Part shown: positions 21,222 to 30,249 of the stretch, one piece after another
Numbering within the stretch: position 1 is the first letter of the stretch
How the letters are laid out: every line of letters begins with the position of its first letter
Source: a virus
Taxonomy: Duplodnaviria > Caudoviricetes
Direction: 5' to 3' (one strand)
DNA length: 64,000 nucleotides
Virus record (IMG/VR): IMGVR_UViG_3300021426_000073
Location: 32,001-96,000 of that record
Position numbers and translations under genes: made by a program
The notes under the pieces: model-generated
The model's database searches: none
What the model saw: the letters and a program-made list of their open reading frames with translations, nothing else
Told to the model about the DNA's origin: nothing

Positions 21222-22103
21222 ATGAGTGTAAATAGATATAACTCCGCAACAGGAGAACTTGAAAAAATTGCAGGTGGTACCTTATATGCGGATGCACCGA
21301 TTGGTACTATTAGTCCTTTCGGTGGTTCAGCGATCCCTAGTGGATATTTACTTTGTGATGGTACGGAGGTTCTTAAAACCGCCTACGCAGAGTTGTATGC
21401 AGTAATAGGTGATGCTTTCGGAACAGCGAGTGATAATACAAAATTTGTGTTGCCCGATTTAAGAGAGGCTACAACAAAAGGTGTTGGATTAAGCGGCAAA
21501 AGTGAAAATCATTATAGTGAAACTGGTGTTGTCCTCGGTGAGTTTATAGAGGATAGATTACAGTCACATACTCATGGTATTAGAAATGGTTTTGATGGTG
21601 CTGACCCCGATAGTGCAGAACGTGGTGATGGTAGGCATGGCTACTCTGCCAAATCAAATGATGCGTCGGGACGTACTGGTAACACTACCGAAGTTAAAGC
21701 AGTAGGTGTCAACTACATCATCAAAGCTAAACAGATTGCAATACCTGCTGACATTCAGTCAGCCATTGAAGAACAGAACTCCTACTCTACTGAGGAAACT
21801 TATACTGGCAAGAGATGGATAGATGGTAAACCGATTTATAGAAAAGTGCTTGTAAGAACAGGAAGTGCCTCTGGTACGGGTGAATTAACAATAGGAACAA
21901 TTGACAATTTTGCACAACTTGTCAATATTACAACTATAACAAATTCAAATGCTGGTAGCAACCAAGAGGTAGAATTTTATAGATATCGTGATAGTAGATT
22001 ATTGATATCAAATGGAACTGCGGCAGTCAAGATGGACAGGGTTAGTAATTACAATATTGACAAAGTAACTATGATTGTAGAATACACCAAAACTACAGAT
22101 TAA
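21222..22103 (+). CDS. Tail collar domain fibre protein
   Basis: PIGTISPFGG..IPSGYLLCDG...YAELYAVIG...FVLPDLR collar motif; C-terminal YSTEETYTGKRWIDGKPIYRK domain. Confidence 0.85.
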   Translation: MSVNRYNSATGELEKIAGGTLYADAPIGTISPFGGSAIPSGYLLCDGTEVLKTAYAELYAVIGDAFGTASDNTKFVLPDLREATTKGVGLSGKSENHYSETGVVLGEFIEDRLQSHTHGIRNGFDGADPDSAERGDGRHGYSAKSNDASGRTGNTTEVKAVGVNYIIKAKQIAIPADIQSAIEEQNSYSTEETYTGKRWIDGKPIYRKVLVRTGSASGTGELTIGTIDNFAQLVNITTITNSNAGSNQEVEFYRYRDSRLLISNGTAAVKMDRVSNYNIDKVTMIVEYTKTTD

Positions 22104-22170
22104 AATAAATAAGGGTTTCTTTATAAAATATTAAGGATTTATAATTAATATTTATAAAGGAGATATATAA

Positions 22171-22407
22171 ATGTGCAAAAATATAAAACTTTGTTCTTTA
22201 ATTAAACCAGAAATAGATAGGTGTTATGAGCTATGCAACTTCACATATGATGAATCTGAATATTTTAAACTTAAAACTAAAGATAAATCTAATGTAGCTA
22301 TAGCACAAGAAATGAATGTTAGTGAAGCACAAGTTTCTAAACTTGCACGCAGAGTAAAGGATAAAATATTAAAACTAATTGAATTAGGATTATTAGATAT
22401 GGAGTGA
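22171..22407 (+). CDS. LuxR/GerE or sigma-region-4-like HTH regulator
   Basis: CNFTxDE...SNVAIAQEMNVSEAQVSKLARRVKDKI helix-turn-helix pattern. Confidence 0.7.
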   Translation: MCKNIKLCSLIKPEIDRCYELCNFTYDESEYFKLKTKDKSNVAIAQEMNVSEAQVSKLARRVKDKILKLIELGLLDME

Positions 22408-22429
22408 TGAAAGTCACTCCATTTTTTTA
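22399..22429 (+). terminator. Terminator-like hairpin after the HTH gene
   Basis: ATGGAGTGAT-GAAA-GTCACTCCAT followed by a T-run. Confidence 0.7.
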
Positions 22430-22523
22430 CAATTTTTGTATAATTTTCATAAATGAGGTGTATAAGTACACCTCATTTTTTTACTCTATACTATTACTAT
22501 AAAACAACGAAAGGTTATATGTT

Positions 22524-22904
22524 ATGGGATACGTTTATTACAATCCTAATCCTAAAGCATTGCGAGTTGGGGATTGCACAGTTCGTGCAATCTCTAAACT
22601 CTTAAGCCAAGATTGGGAAACAACATATATTCAACTTTGCTTGCAAGGGCTTGAAATGAATGATATGCCATCATCTAATAATGTTTGGGGTTCATTCCTT
22701 ATGAGCAAAGGATATCAAAGATATATTATACTAGACTCTTGCCCTAACTGTTATACGGTTAAAGATTTCTGTATTGATCATTCGACAGGAGATTATTTAC
22801 TTTGTACTGGAACGCACGTTGTTGCAGTTATGGATGGAGGAAATTACTTTGACACTTGGGATAGTGGCGATGAAGTTCCTGTGTTTTATTTTAGAAAGGA
22901 GTAA
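22524..22904 (+). CDS. Putative papain/C39-like cysteine peptidase-fold protein
   Basis: Candidate triad: GDCTVRAI (Cys), GTHVVAV (His), YFDTWDS (Asp). Confidence 0.5.
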   Translation: MGYVYYNPNPKALRVGDCTVRAISKLLSQDWETTYIQLCLQGLEMNDMPSSNNVWGSFLMSKGYQRYIILDSCPNCYTVKDFCIDHSTGDYLLCTGTHVVAVMDGGNYFDTWDSGDEVPVFYFRKE

Positions 22905-22907
22905 AAA

Positions 22908-23306
22908 ATGGCATTTAATATTCCTACAAATTACCAACAAATATATTACCCACAACCAGCACCACAAATGCCTCAGCAACAACAGAGTTGCAACATAACA
23001 TGGGTATCTGGAGAAGCTGGTGCTAAATCATATTTGGTAGCCCCTAATACTACTGTTCAACTTTGGGATAGCGAATCACAGACTATCTATTTAAAATCAG
23101 CAGATGCATCGGGTATGCCTACAATAAAGACGTTAGATTACACGATAAGAGATACTCAAGTTCCAAATCCTAGCGTGAATGTTATGGAGCGTGAAGAAAC
23201 TTCTTATGTAACAAAAGATGAATTTGATGATTTAAAAGACGAGCTAGAACAGATAAAAGATAAACTCTATTCAGAAAAAGAAAACAATAAAAGATTTAGG
23301 GGGTAA
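22908..23306 (+). CDS. Cassette protein (Q/P-rich N-terminus, WVSGEAGAKSY domain, C-terminal coiled coil)
   Basis: AAGGAG RBS; 132 aa; tightly packed in the operon. Confidence 0.75.
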   Translation: MAFNIPTNYQQIYYPQPAPQMPQQQQSCNITWVSGEAGAKSYLVAPNTTVQLWDSESQTIYLKSADASGMPTIKTLDYTIRDTQVPNPSVNVMEREETSYVTKDEFDDLKDELEQIKDKLYSEKENNKRFRG

Positions 23307-23311
23307 ATATT

Positions 23312-23515
23312 ATGGGTAATCCTTTATTTAATACTTATGGAAATAATAATATTATACAAAAATTTATGCAATTTAAAAATTCATATAACGGAGACCCTAA
23401 ACAACAAATACAACAAATGTTGAATAGCGGTCAACTAACACAAGAACAATACAATCAAGCAGTTGAAAAAGCAAATCAATTGCAGATGTTATTAAACGGA
23501 TTTAAAAATATATAG
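23312..23515 (+). CDS. Small Q/N-rich helical cassette protein
   Basis: 67 aa, MGNPLF...DPKQQIQQMLNSG motif. Confidence 0.7.
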   Translation: MGNPLFNTYGNNNIIQKFMQFKNSYNGDPKQQIQQMLNSGQLTQEQYNQAVEKANQLQMLLNGFKNI

Positions 23516-23580
23516 CATACACTAGACAAAATTCACACGATATATATTGCAATATATAAATAAATTTAAGGAGGTTCATT

Positions 23581-24375
23581 ATGGCTTTAGATGGAAATGA
23601 AGGAATGGTAATGCCAGTATCACCTATGTATGGTGGTAATGGTGGCGGATTCGGAAATGGTTTCGGAGACGGCTCTGGCTGGTGGATTTTACTTCTCTTT
23701 ATCTTATTAGGCGGTTGGAACAACGGCTTTGGCGGTAATGGAAATGGCACTCCATATGTAGTTGGTAACACTGTACAAGATGGTTTTAATCAAGCTGCTT
23801 TGACAAGTGGTATTGGCGATATTCAGAGTGCTCTTTGTAATGGTTTCGCAGGTGTAAATTCAAATGTGGCTAATGGATTTGCCCAAGCAGAAATCGCAGA
23901 TAACTCAAGACAAATTGCTAATATGCAGCAATCATTCGCAAATCAGACAGCTATGAATAGTGGCTTTAACGCTCTCCAGTCACAGCTAGCAAGTTGTTGT
24001 TGCGAATCAAGACTTGCATCAGCCAACTTACAGAATGTAATCCAGTCTGAAAATTGTGCTGACAGAAGTACTATTAGCGATGGCATAAGAGATATTCTTG
24101 TTGCTAACAACAATAATACTCAGCGTATTTTAGATCAATTATGTAATGATAAGATTGATGCTAAAAACGAGAAAATTGCTGATCTTGAGAGACAACTTAC
24201 AATGGCTAACTTATCAGCTAGTCAGAATACTCAAACACAAACACTACTTGCAGATAACTTTGCTCAAACAAGTGCTTTAGAGCAATATCTTGCACCAGTA
24301 CCTAGACCTGCATACATCGTGCAGAATCCTAATTGCTGTGCTCAGAATGTAGGCTGTGGTTGCGGTTCATACTAG
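23581..24375 (+). CDS. Gly-rich, single-TM, coiled-coil, Cys-tailed protein
   Basis: AGGAGG RBS; GGNGGGFG repeats flanking WWILLLFILL; N/Q-rich heptads; CCCE; C-terminal CCAQNVGCGCG. Confidence 0.8.
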   Translation: MALDGNEGMVMPVSPMYGGNGGGFGNGFGDGSGWWILLLFILLGGWNNGFGGNGNGTPYVVGNTVQDGFNQAALTSGIGDIQSALCNGFAGVNSNVANGFAQAEIADNSRQIANMQQSFANQTAMNSGFNALQSQLASCCCESRLASANLQNVIQSENCADRSTISDGIRDILVANNNNTQRILDQLCNDKIDAKNEKIADLERQLTMANLSASQNTQTQTLLADNFAQTSALEQYLAPVPRPAYIVQNPNCCAQNVGCGCGSY

Positions 24376-24392
24376 AAATGAGGTGATTACTT

Positions 24393-24875
24393 ATGGCTGA
24401 ATATACAAACGCTGCTATTCAATCTGTATCACCTAGTCAGCCTGTATTATTGAATACAACTATTGGCTGCCCAAAAGGATATGTTATCCATCGTGAGGGA
24501 AGTGGTATCTTAACATTAAGGGGCATTGTAAATTGTCCTAATTCATGCTTTGCAAGATACCAAGTAACATTTAATGGCAATATAGCCATACCTGAAGGTG
24601 GTACTGCTCCAGCTCCTGTTAGCGTTTCTATCGCAATTGACGGAGAACCGTTAACAACTAGTAAGGCTATTGTTACGCCAGCTGCTGCTGCAGAAGCTCC
24701 ACCATCAACAAACAACTACTTTAATGTAACGAGTACGGCTATAGTAACTGTACCTAGAGGCTGTTGCTTTAATATTTCTGTAGAGAATACAAGCGAAAGC
24801 TTAACTCCAGCTACTACTCCAGCTCCTACAATTAATGTAGCAAACGCTAACCTTGTTGTTAGCCGAATAGCGTAG
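24393..24875 (+). CDS. BclA-CTD/C1q-TNF-like jelly-roll protein
   Basis: All-beta pattern GILTLRG...YQVTFNGN...ISVENT...NANLVVSRIA resembling BclA C-terminal domains. Confidence 0.55.
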   Translation: MAEYTNAAIQSVSPSQPVLLNTTIGCPKGYVIHREGSGILTLRGIVNCPNSCFARYQVTFNGNIAIPEGGTAPAPVSVSIAIDGEPLTTSKAIVTPAAAAEAPPSTNNYFNVTSTAIVTVPRGCCFNISVENTSESLTPATTPAPTINVANANLVVSRIA

Positions 24876-24891
24876 AGAGGAGGATTTTGAT

Positions 24892-25266
24892 ATGATAGAT
24901 GCTATGGATAAATTATGCGACACTCTATACAAAGCATTAGATGAAGTATCTGAAAAACCATTAACAACTTCTTCTTTAGATAATATTTTTAAAATTGTTG
25001 GTTCAATTTATAAATTAGAGAAGATGGAGAAGAAAGATGATGGTTATTCATCAAACTCTTCTTATGCTAGAGGAAGTTCCATGAGATATGGTCAGAATAG
25101 TTACGGACGTGATTATATGCGTGGTAATTCGAACGACTATATCATGGGTACAAGCAGACATAACAAAGAAGATGTCAAAATGGAACTTTACAAATTAATG
25201 CAAGATACTGATGATGAAAATGTCAAAGATATGTTGCAGAACTTTATAAGAGAAATGGAAAGATAA
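24892..25266 (+). CDS. Cassette protein (helical ends, S/Y/R/G-rich disordered middle)
   Basis: GGAGG RBS; last gene before the terminator. Confidence 0.7.
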   Translation: MIDAMDKLCDTLYKALDEVSEKPLTTSSLDNIFKIVGSIYKLEKMEKKDDGYSSNSSYARGSSMRYGQNSYGRDYMRGNSNDYIMGTSRHNKEDVKMELYKLMQDTDDENVKDMLQNFIREMER

Positions 25267-25288
25267 ATCCTATCTGAATACTATGTCA

Positions 25289-25328
25289 AAAAGGGAGGCG
25301 TACCGAAAATGGTACGCCTCTTTATTTA
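25289..25328 (+). terminator. Terminator at the convergence of + and - transcription units
   Basis: GAGGCGTACC-GAAAAT-GGTACGCCTC with flanking A and T runs; coding strand switches here. Confidence 0.8.
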
Positions 25329-25366
25329 GGAATAATTAATGATTCTATTAAAGAATCCTTAATAGC

Positions 25367-26419
25367 TTATTTAGTTTTTATTTTTTTCACTGACCACTTG
25401 CCCAATGTATCATATCCTACCGCTCTAACTCTAATATAATAAGTCTTTTTACGCTTTAGTTTTTTGATTGTCTTGATTGAATCAATTACATTATACGCTT
25501 TAGCCTTTTTGAAATTTTTCTTTAAAGAAATTTGAATCTGATATTTCATTGCGAAATCAACTTCGTTAAATGATACTGTTACCTTATTCCTTTTTACTTT
25601 AGCCTTGAGGTTTTTGATACCAAGATTAACTCTTGATTTTGAATTAGTTACATTAGACTGGTTTACAATATTTGTTATTGTAGATGTATTACCTACTATT
25701 GTTGTTGTAATTTTAGGCGTTTCAATTTTAGGGTAACCAACGTGTTCTACAAACCATTGATTTTCATTTATAACATAACTTGCTGCATTGAAGTTAGAAA
25801 AATTTAAAGAATTATAGTATGAATATTTTTTAATTTCTTCAGGCAGTAATGCAAATGTCCATGCAGCATTTCTTCTCCACATAAGAGAATTGTATTTGCC
25901 AGTTTCTGAATTTAATACATTACATTCTTTTACCAACTGTTCGTATTGTTTTACTTCTGTGTTATTAATAATTTGTTTTAAAAATACTAAATGTGTTAGA
26001 TAATAATTATAATAGTTTCTGTAGTCTATTGTTTTTGTAACTTTTTCGTATTGTTGATACCACTCGTTGTTTTCGTCTCTATGACCTATATAATCATAAT
26101 ATTCATATGTTTTTGAAAATGTTTCATAATTAAAATTAGTAGCTGATAAATTGTAAACACTATCGCTTGCTTTTCTTCCGTTTAATCTGATGCAATCCAA
26201 TACATCATTATACTTGCCCATCCAATTAGAAGCTTTTGTTCTAAAATCATCAGTATCATATGAATTAAAATTATCGTGTCCAATAGCTTTTAATTCATTA
26301 ATAAGTCCGTCTATTAGTCCTATTGCTACTTCCTTGTCTGTCTTTTCTTTAGCATCTACAGTATTGATTCCACTAAAACATAATATTAATACTAATAATA
26401 AACTAATTATCTTTTTCAT
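25367..26419 (-). CDS. Secreted/surface protein with C-terminal FN3-like domain (possible lysogenic conversion gene)
   Basis: Signal peptide MKKIISLLLVLILCFSGINTVDA; C-terminal YQIQIS...KKLKRKKTYYIRVRA...GKWS; adjacent to attP. Confidence 0.75.
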   Translation of the reverse strand: MKKIISLLLVLILCFSGINTVDAKEKTDKEVAIGLIDGLINELKAIGHDNFNSYDTDDFRTKASNWMGKYNDVLDCIRLNGRKASDSVYNLSATNFNYETFSKTYEYYDYIGHRDENNEWYQQYEKVTKTIDYRNYYNYYLTHLVFLKQIINNTEVKQYEQLVKECNVLNSETGKYNSLMWRRNAAWTFALLPEEIKKYSYYNSLNFSNFNAASYVINENQWFVEHVGYPKIETPKITTTIVGNTSTITNIVNQSNVTNSKSRVNLGIKNLKAKVKRNKVTVSFNEVDFAMKYQIQISLKKNFKKAKAYNVIDSIKTIKKLKRKKTYYIRVRAVGYDTLGKWSVKKIKTK

Positions 26420-26557
26420 TGTAATCACCTTCCTTTGTTTTATAATAACACTTTAAAACTACTTTGAAAAGTATTTTAAGGTATATAACAAACTATTTAT
26501 AAAAAAATAAATTCTTATATAACTTAAAATGTCTAATACATCTGCTCTCCTTTCTTA

Positions 26558-26750
26558 TATGGTTACCTTTTGGTTACTTTTTAATAATCAATTAAGTATA
26601 ATACTTGAATTTAAGCCATTTTTTTATTAGTTCTGATTTCGAATCCCACCGTCTCCGCTACTTTTCGGCTTTAAACCGTCATTTTGGGATAGTCGAAATT
26701 GGTTACTTTTGATTTTTGGGTGGTTACTTTTTCGGGTTGAGTAACCATGG
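26558..26750. mobile_element. Phage attachment site attP (core = tRNA 3' end, probably Ser) with integrase arm-type repeats
   Basis: TTCGAATCCCACCGTCTCCGC at 26638-26658 is a T-loop plus acceptor 3' strand. TGGTTAC repeats near 26560, 26571, 26700 and 26721 with an inverted GTAACCA near 26741 flank it. Phage genes lie on both sides. Confidence 0.8.
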
Positions 26751-27972
26751 ATTCAAGTTGTGTTACTAAGCTAGCTTTATAATCCATATTTCCAATATCA
26801 TAAGTATAGTAATTGTTATTTACTTCAATAGAATTGCCAAGTAAGCTTGATGCAATAAAAGTGTTTGCTCCTAAAGATTTTATATAAGAGTTAAATGTTC
26901 TTCTTAATGCGTGAATACTTTTGTTTTTCATTCCAGCTTGCTTGGTTTTTTTACGTCCGCAGCTTGAAATAGCACTACAATGTATTTTGCCGTTTTTGTT
27001 TGAAAACACATACTCTGTTAAAAATCCATATTCTTCTTCTACTGCATGAAGTCTTTCTAGCAATGTTTTGATATTATCTGTCAAAGGAAGAAATCTTATC
27101 TTATTTGTTTTGGTAGTTGATATGTAATAACAATTATTTATTCTATCTTGTTTTTCAGAACGCATAATTACTATTCTGTTTTTCTTATAATCAATATCTT
27201 CCCATTTTAATCCAGCCAATTCACCGACTCTTAATCCAGTAAGCATAGCTAACTGTACTGCATATGGTGTTATCAACTCAGGCTTGTATATATGGTCTTC
27301 TTCCAACTTATTCCATAAAGTAACAAGTTCGTTTTCTGACAATATCCTTTCTTCTGGCATCTTATAATTTTCTTTGCAAAACTTTTGAAACATCTTTATC
27401 TCTACATAATCACAAGGATTATTTTCAAGCTTATGTTTTCTTATTGCATAATTAAAAATACCATTTAACATTTGGTAGAATTGTTTGATACATTTATATG
27501 TATACTCTCCATTGGTTAGTATACTTCTTATGTGATTACCAATGTCTACCTCGGTTATAGAACGGATATCTATTTGAGATATTTCTTTGTCATTTAGAAA
27601 CCTTTTGTAATTACTTTTATATTTGATTATAGTTGCACTTGATACACCCATAGCGGTTTTGTACTCGATCCACTCTGGAAAAATTTCTTCTATATTAATA
27701 AGAAATAATTTTTCATAATGTTCGTTCAACTGCTCAATTAGTTTATCTTTAGATTTTTTCTTTATAAGTTTTCTTTTACCATCAACCATTAAATGCGTTC
27801 GCCAGAAGCCATCAGCTCCTTGCCAAATACTGTATTGATGATTCTTTACTTCCATTTTCTCCTTTACAGATGTATTAGACAATGCTATATTACACTGCTC
27901 AAGGAGTTTTTTCAAGACATCTTCTTCTATTTCAATCATGCGTATCCCCCAAAAGTCCCTAAATACATCCAA
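26671..27972 (-). CDS. int: Tyrosine integrase
   Basis: TGLRVGEL (R), TTKT (K), IHALRR (HxxR), LLGNS, terminal YY. Likely start is MIEIEE near 27939. Confidence 0.9.
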   Translation of the reverse strand: MDVFRDFWGIRMIEIEEDVLKKLLEQCNIALSNTSVKEKMEVKNHQYSIWQGADGFWRTHLMVDGKRKLIKKKSKDKLIEQLNEHYEKLFLINIEEIFPEWIEYKTAMGVSSATIIKYKSNYKRFLNDKEISQIDIRSITEVDIGNHIRSILTNGEYTYKCIKQFYQMLNGIFNYAIRKHKLENNPCDYVEIKMFQKFCKENYKMPEERILSENELVTLWNKLEEDHIYKPELITPYAVQLAMLTGLRVGELAGLKWEDIDYKKNRIVIMRSEKQDRINNCYYISTTKTNKIRFLPLTDNIKTLLERLHAVEEEYGFLTEYVFSNKNGKIHCSAISSCGRKKTKQAGMKNKSIHALRRTFNSYIKSLGANTFIASSLLGNSIEVNNNYYTYDIGNMDYKASLVTQLESMVTQPEKVTTQKSKVTNFDYPKMTV

Positions 27973-28253
27973 GTGTCTTTGTAATTACCATACTGATATA
28001 CCTCGGTAGTAAAAGGATCTTGAACAAAAACAGTTATCATCTTATCTTTTCCTAACTGCTCTACTATTTCATTAAATGTAAGGAACTCTAAATCCATACA
28101 TAAACCTTCGCAATATTCTTTATTCCAGTTTAATTGAGTAGGCTTTAGGTTTGATACTCCGCCAGTATATACACAAGTCTTAGAAACGGTATCAAACTCA
28201 ATCAATTGCTGGTTTTGTTCTTCCTCAGTAAGCATTCGCATACAGTTACTCAT
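27936..28253 (-). CDS. Hypothetical protein overlapping the integrase start
   Basis: GAGGTG RBS; 105 aa. Confidence 0.6.
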   Translation of the reverse strand: MSNCMRMLTEEEQNQQLIEFDTVSKTCVYTGGVSNLKPTQLNWNKEYCEGLCMDLEFLTFNEIVEQLGKDKMITVFVQDPFTTEVYQYGNYKDTWMYLGTFGGYA

Positions 28254-28359
28254 TATCGTTCACCTCTTCCGATTCTGTAACTATTACAGTACCTAATCTT
28301 TTACATTCTTTTTTAAAAGAGTAATAGTCTATAATATTACTCCAACGTTTCATCCAAAA

Positions 28360-28398
28360 CAGAAATAGCTCGGCTTCTGTACACCGAGCTATTCTGCC
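28360..28398 (-). terminator. Strong hairpin / terminator upstream of the integrase unit
   Basis: Minus strand GCAGAATAGCTCGG-TGTACAGAAG-CCGAGCTATTTCTGT followed by TTT. Confidence 0.6.
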
Positions 28399-28626
28399 AT
28401 TTTTAATCTCCACACTTATCACCTACTGGTTCACAGAAGACTACGTCTCCTAATTTATCTTTTATGATTTTGTATGTAATTTTTCCATCATCGAAATATT
28501 GAACTTCGTATGTATTTTTTGCTTTATCTTGTTTTCTTAAACTATGTCCTAACAAACATAAACAAATAAACATTAAAATTAATAAAAACATCATGCGTAA
28601 ACAAAATTTAGCTTCTTCAATCATAA

Positions 28627-28974
28627 TTACCACCTCATAGCATCCTCATAATAAAACGGACACTTTTTTTCATATCCTAATGTATTAGACAAAAGCATAC
28701 ACTTACCATCATATTCGTTGTAGCATCCTTTATGTTTACACGTTGGTAAAAACATAGGTTGATATTCTAAATCAATTTTTCTTCCAAAAAATCTATCAAT
28801 ATCTTTTCTTAAATATTTATGTGGCTTATCTCCATGTTTGTACCATTTCGTCAATGTAGATGCATCAACATTAATAGCCTCTGCAAGCGTTGCTAATTCT
28901 GTATTTGTACTATCAATTAATTCCCTAAAAGTCATTATTTCTCCCCTTGCGTTGCATATAATTTTGCCATTCAA
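28627..28974 (-). CDS. XRE/Cro-like HTH protein with Cys-rich C-terminus
   Basis: LATLAEAINVDASTLTKWY HTH; C...C...C...CPF tail; probable start MTFRELI. Confidence 0.6.
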   Translation of the reverse strand: MNGKIICNARGEIMTFRELIDSTNTELATLAEAINVDASTLTKWYKHGDKPHKYLRKDIDRFFGRKIDLEYQPMFLPTCKHKGCYNEYDGKCMLLSNTLGYEKKCPFYYEDAMRW

Positions 28975-29084
28975 TATCTATAATGAATAGTGATATATAC
29001 ATAATAAATGTTGAAACTACCGATGCTATTGCAGCATCTTTAGTTGTGGCATATGTACTACCTATTAAAGTTCCGAATAAAATA

Positions 29085-29765
29085 CTAATCACTCCGTCTT
29101 TCCAATTCATCGTTACGCTCTCCAATCTTTTTGGTTAAATCTTTTACTATTGATTTATCTTCGAAATACAAAGATTCTGCTCTCTTACCAACTTTCTTTC
29201 TGGCTGATGTAGAACCGTTAATTAAATAATCGATATGATCTACTATGTTAGGATTAAGATTTATAAACTTTGTATTAGGTTTGTGTTTTCTTATATACCT
29301 TTTAAAAACAGAATCATCACCACGTTTCTTTTCTTTCCAGTCATCATACTCATTGGAATTGTAATAATGTAACGCACAATGATTAGCTAAATAATTAGGT
29401 ATCTTTATACAAGGAAAAGAAAACCATAACATTGATAAATCATTACTTTCTTCGTTATAAAAGTCTTTACGTTTTTTATCATAAAAAGTACAAAGACCAC
29501 AAACTAATCCATCGAAATCGTTATACTTTTGTGTTTTTTCATAAAAATCTCTGCTAATGCAAACATCATCTTGTAAATGCCATGTGTGTCCATCTTCAGG
29601 AACATATTTAAATGATTGCATACAAGACTCTAAATTGCCCACACCATGCCTGTCTATCCAAATAATAATGTCATCAACGTCTATTCCTTGCTCAAGCATT
29701 GACGGTACTAAAAATTCATCTACATACCATTCACGTTGAGGACAAGCGTGTATTATATAATTCAT
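29085..29765 (-). CDS. Glycosyltransferase-like protein (GT-A fold)
   Basis: WHLQDDV motif and PNIVDH C-terminal motif seen in phage GT-like proteins. Confidence 0.5.
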   Translation of the reverse strand: MNYIIHACPQREWYVDEFLVPSMLEQGIDVDDIIIWIDRHGVGNLESCMQSFKYVPEDGHTWHLQDDVCISRDFYEKTQKYNDFDGLVCGLCTFYDKKRKDFYNEESNDLSMLWFSFPCIKIPNYLANHCALHYYNSNEYDDWKEKKRGDDSVFKRYIRKHKPNTKFINLNPNIVDHIDYLINGSTSARKKVGKRAESLYFEDKSIVKDLTKKIGERNDELERRSD

Positions 29766-29808
29766 ATTTTTAAAATCCTTTTATTTTGCAATGAATTTTG
29801 TCTAGTTT

Positions 29809-29858
29809 ATATTATCTCTAAGGGCACGTTTATTAACGTGCCCAGCAGAAAATAATAT
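29809..29858 (-). terminator. Long hairpin closing the tRNA cluster
   Basis: GGGCACGTT-TATT-AACGTGCCC core extended by ATATTAT/ATAATAT arms. Confidence 0.55.
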
Positions 29859-29884
29859 GAAATCAATCAGCTAATATAGCTTAA

Positions 29885-29961
29885 CAGGAACTCGGGGAAT
29901 CGAACCCAAAAAACGACTTCTGATTTTGGAGATCAGCGTGCTACCATTACACCAAGAACCT
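29885..29961 (-). tRNA. tRNA-Trp(CCA), atypical (two U-U acceptor mismatches, longer variable loop)
   Basis: Minus: AGGTTCT TG GTGT AATGGTA GCAC G CTGAT CT CCA AA ATCAG ... TTGGG TTCGATT CCCCG AGTTCCT G. Confidence 0.75.
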
Positions 29962-30072
29962 ATGTACGGTTTATAGTTAACCGCAAACTGCACATCACCG
30001 ATATTAGCCTGAAGCATTAATTAACTTAACACCTCACTGAGTTTCGGTATCATTTGCTCTCTAACTCTCGCA

Positions 30073-30146
30073 TAAGGATGACAAGATTTGAACTTGCAAT
30101 TTCAGAGTACCAAACTCTGCGTTCTGCCAGATTGAACTACATCCCT
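30073..30146 (-). tRNA. tRNA-Pro(UGG)
   Basis: Minus: AGGGATG TA GTTC...GAAC G CAGAG TT TGG TA CTCTG ... GCAAG TTCAAAT CTTGT CATCCTT A. Confidence 0.9.
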
Positions 30147-30168
30147 AATAGGTATATATACCTTAGAA

Positions 30169-30249
30169 TAGGAAAGAAAGGATTTGCACCTTTGAACCCG
30201 AAGGAACGGTTTTACAGACCGCCTGCTTTGTCTACTTGCATACTTTCCT
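30169..30249 (-). tRNA. tRNA-Tyr(GUA)
   Basis: Minus: AGGAAAG ... GCGGT CT GTA AA ACCGT, variable arm CCTTCGGG, AAAGG TGCAAAT CCTTT, CTTTCCT A. Confidence 0.85.

Noticed and set aside
11408-22103. Diversity-generating retroelement acting on fibre genes
   Set aside because: No reverse transcriptase in the window and no TR/VR pair differing only at adenines; the repeats seen are diverged domain duplications.
26530-27881. 15-bp inverted repeat TGTCTAATACATCTG / CAGATGTATTAGACA around attP-int
   Set aside because: A match this long is plausible by chance in AT-rich DNA; one copy is inside the integrase CDS and no invertase is present.
29995-30052. Possible hammerhead ribozyme (GAAAC...TGAG)
   Set aside because: The CUGANGA core and three-stem arrangement could not be assembled.
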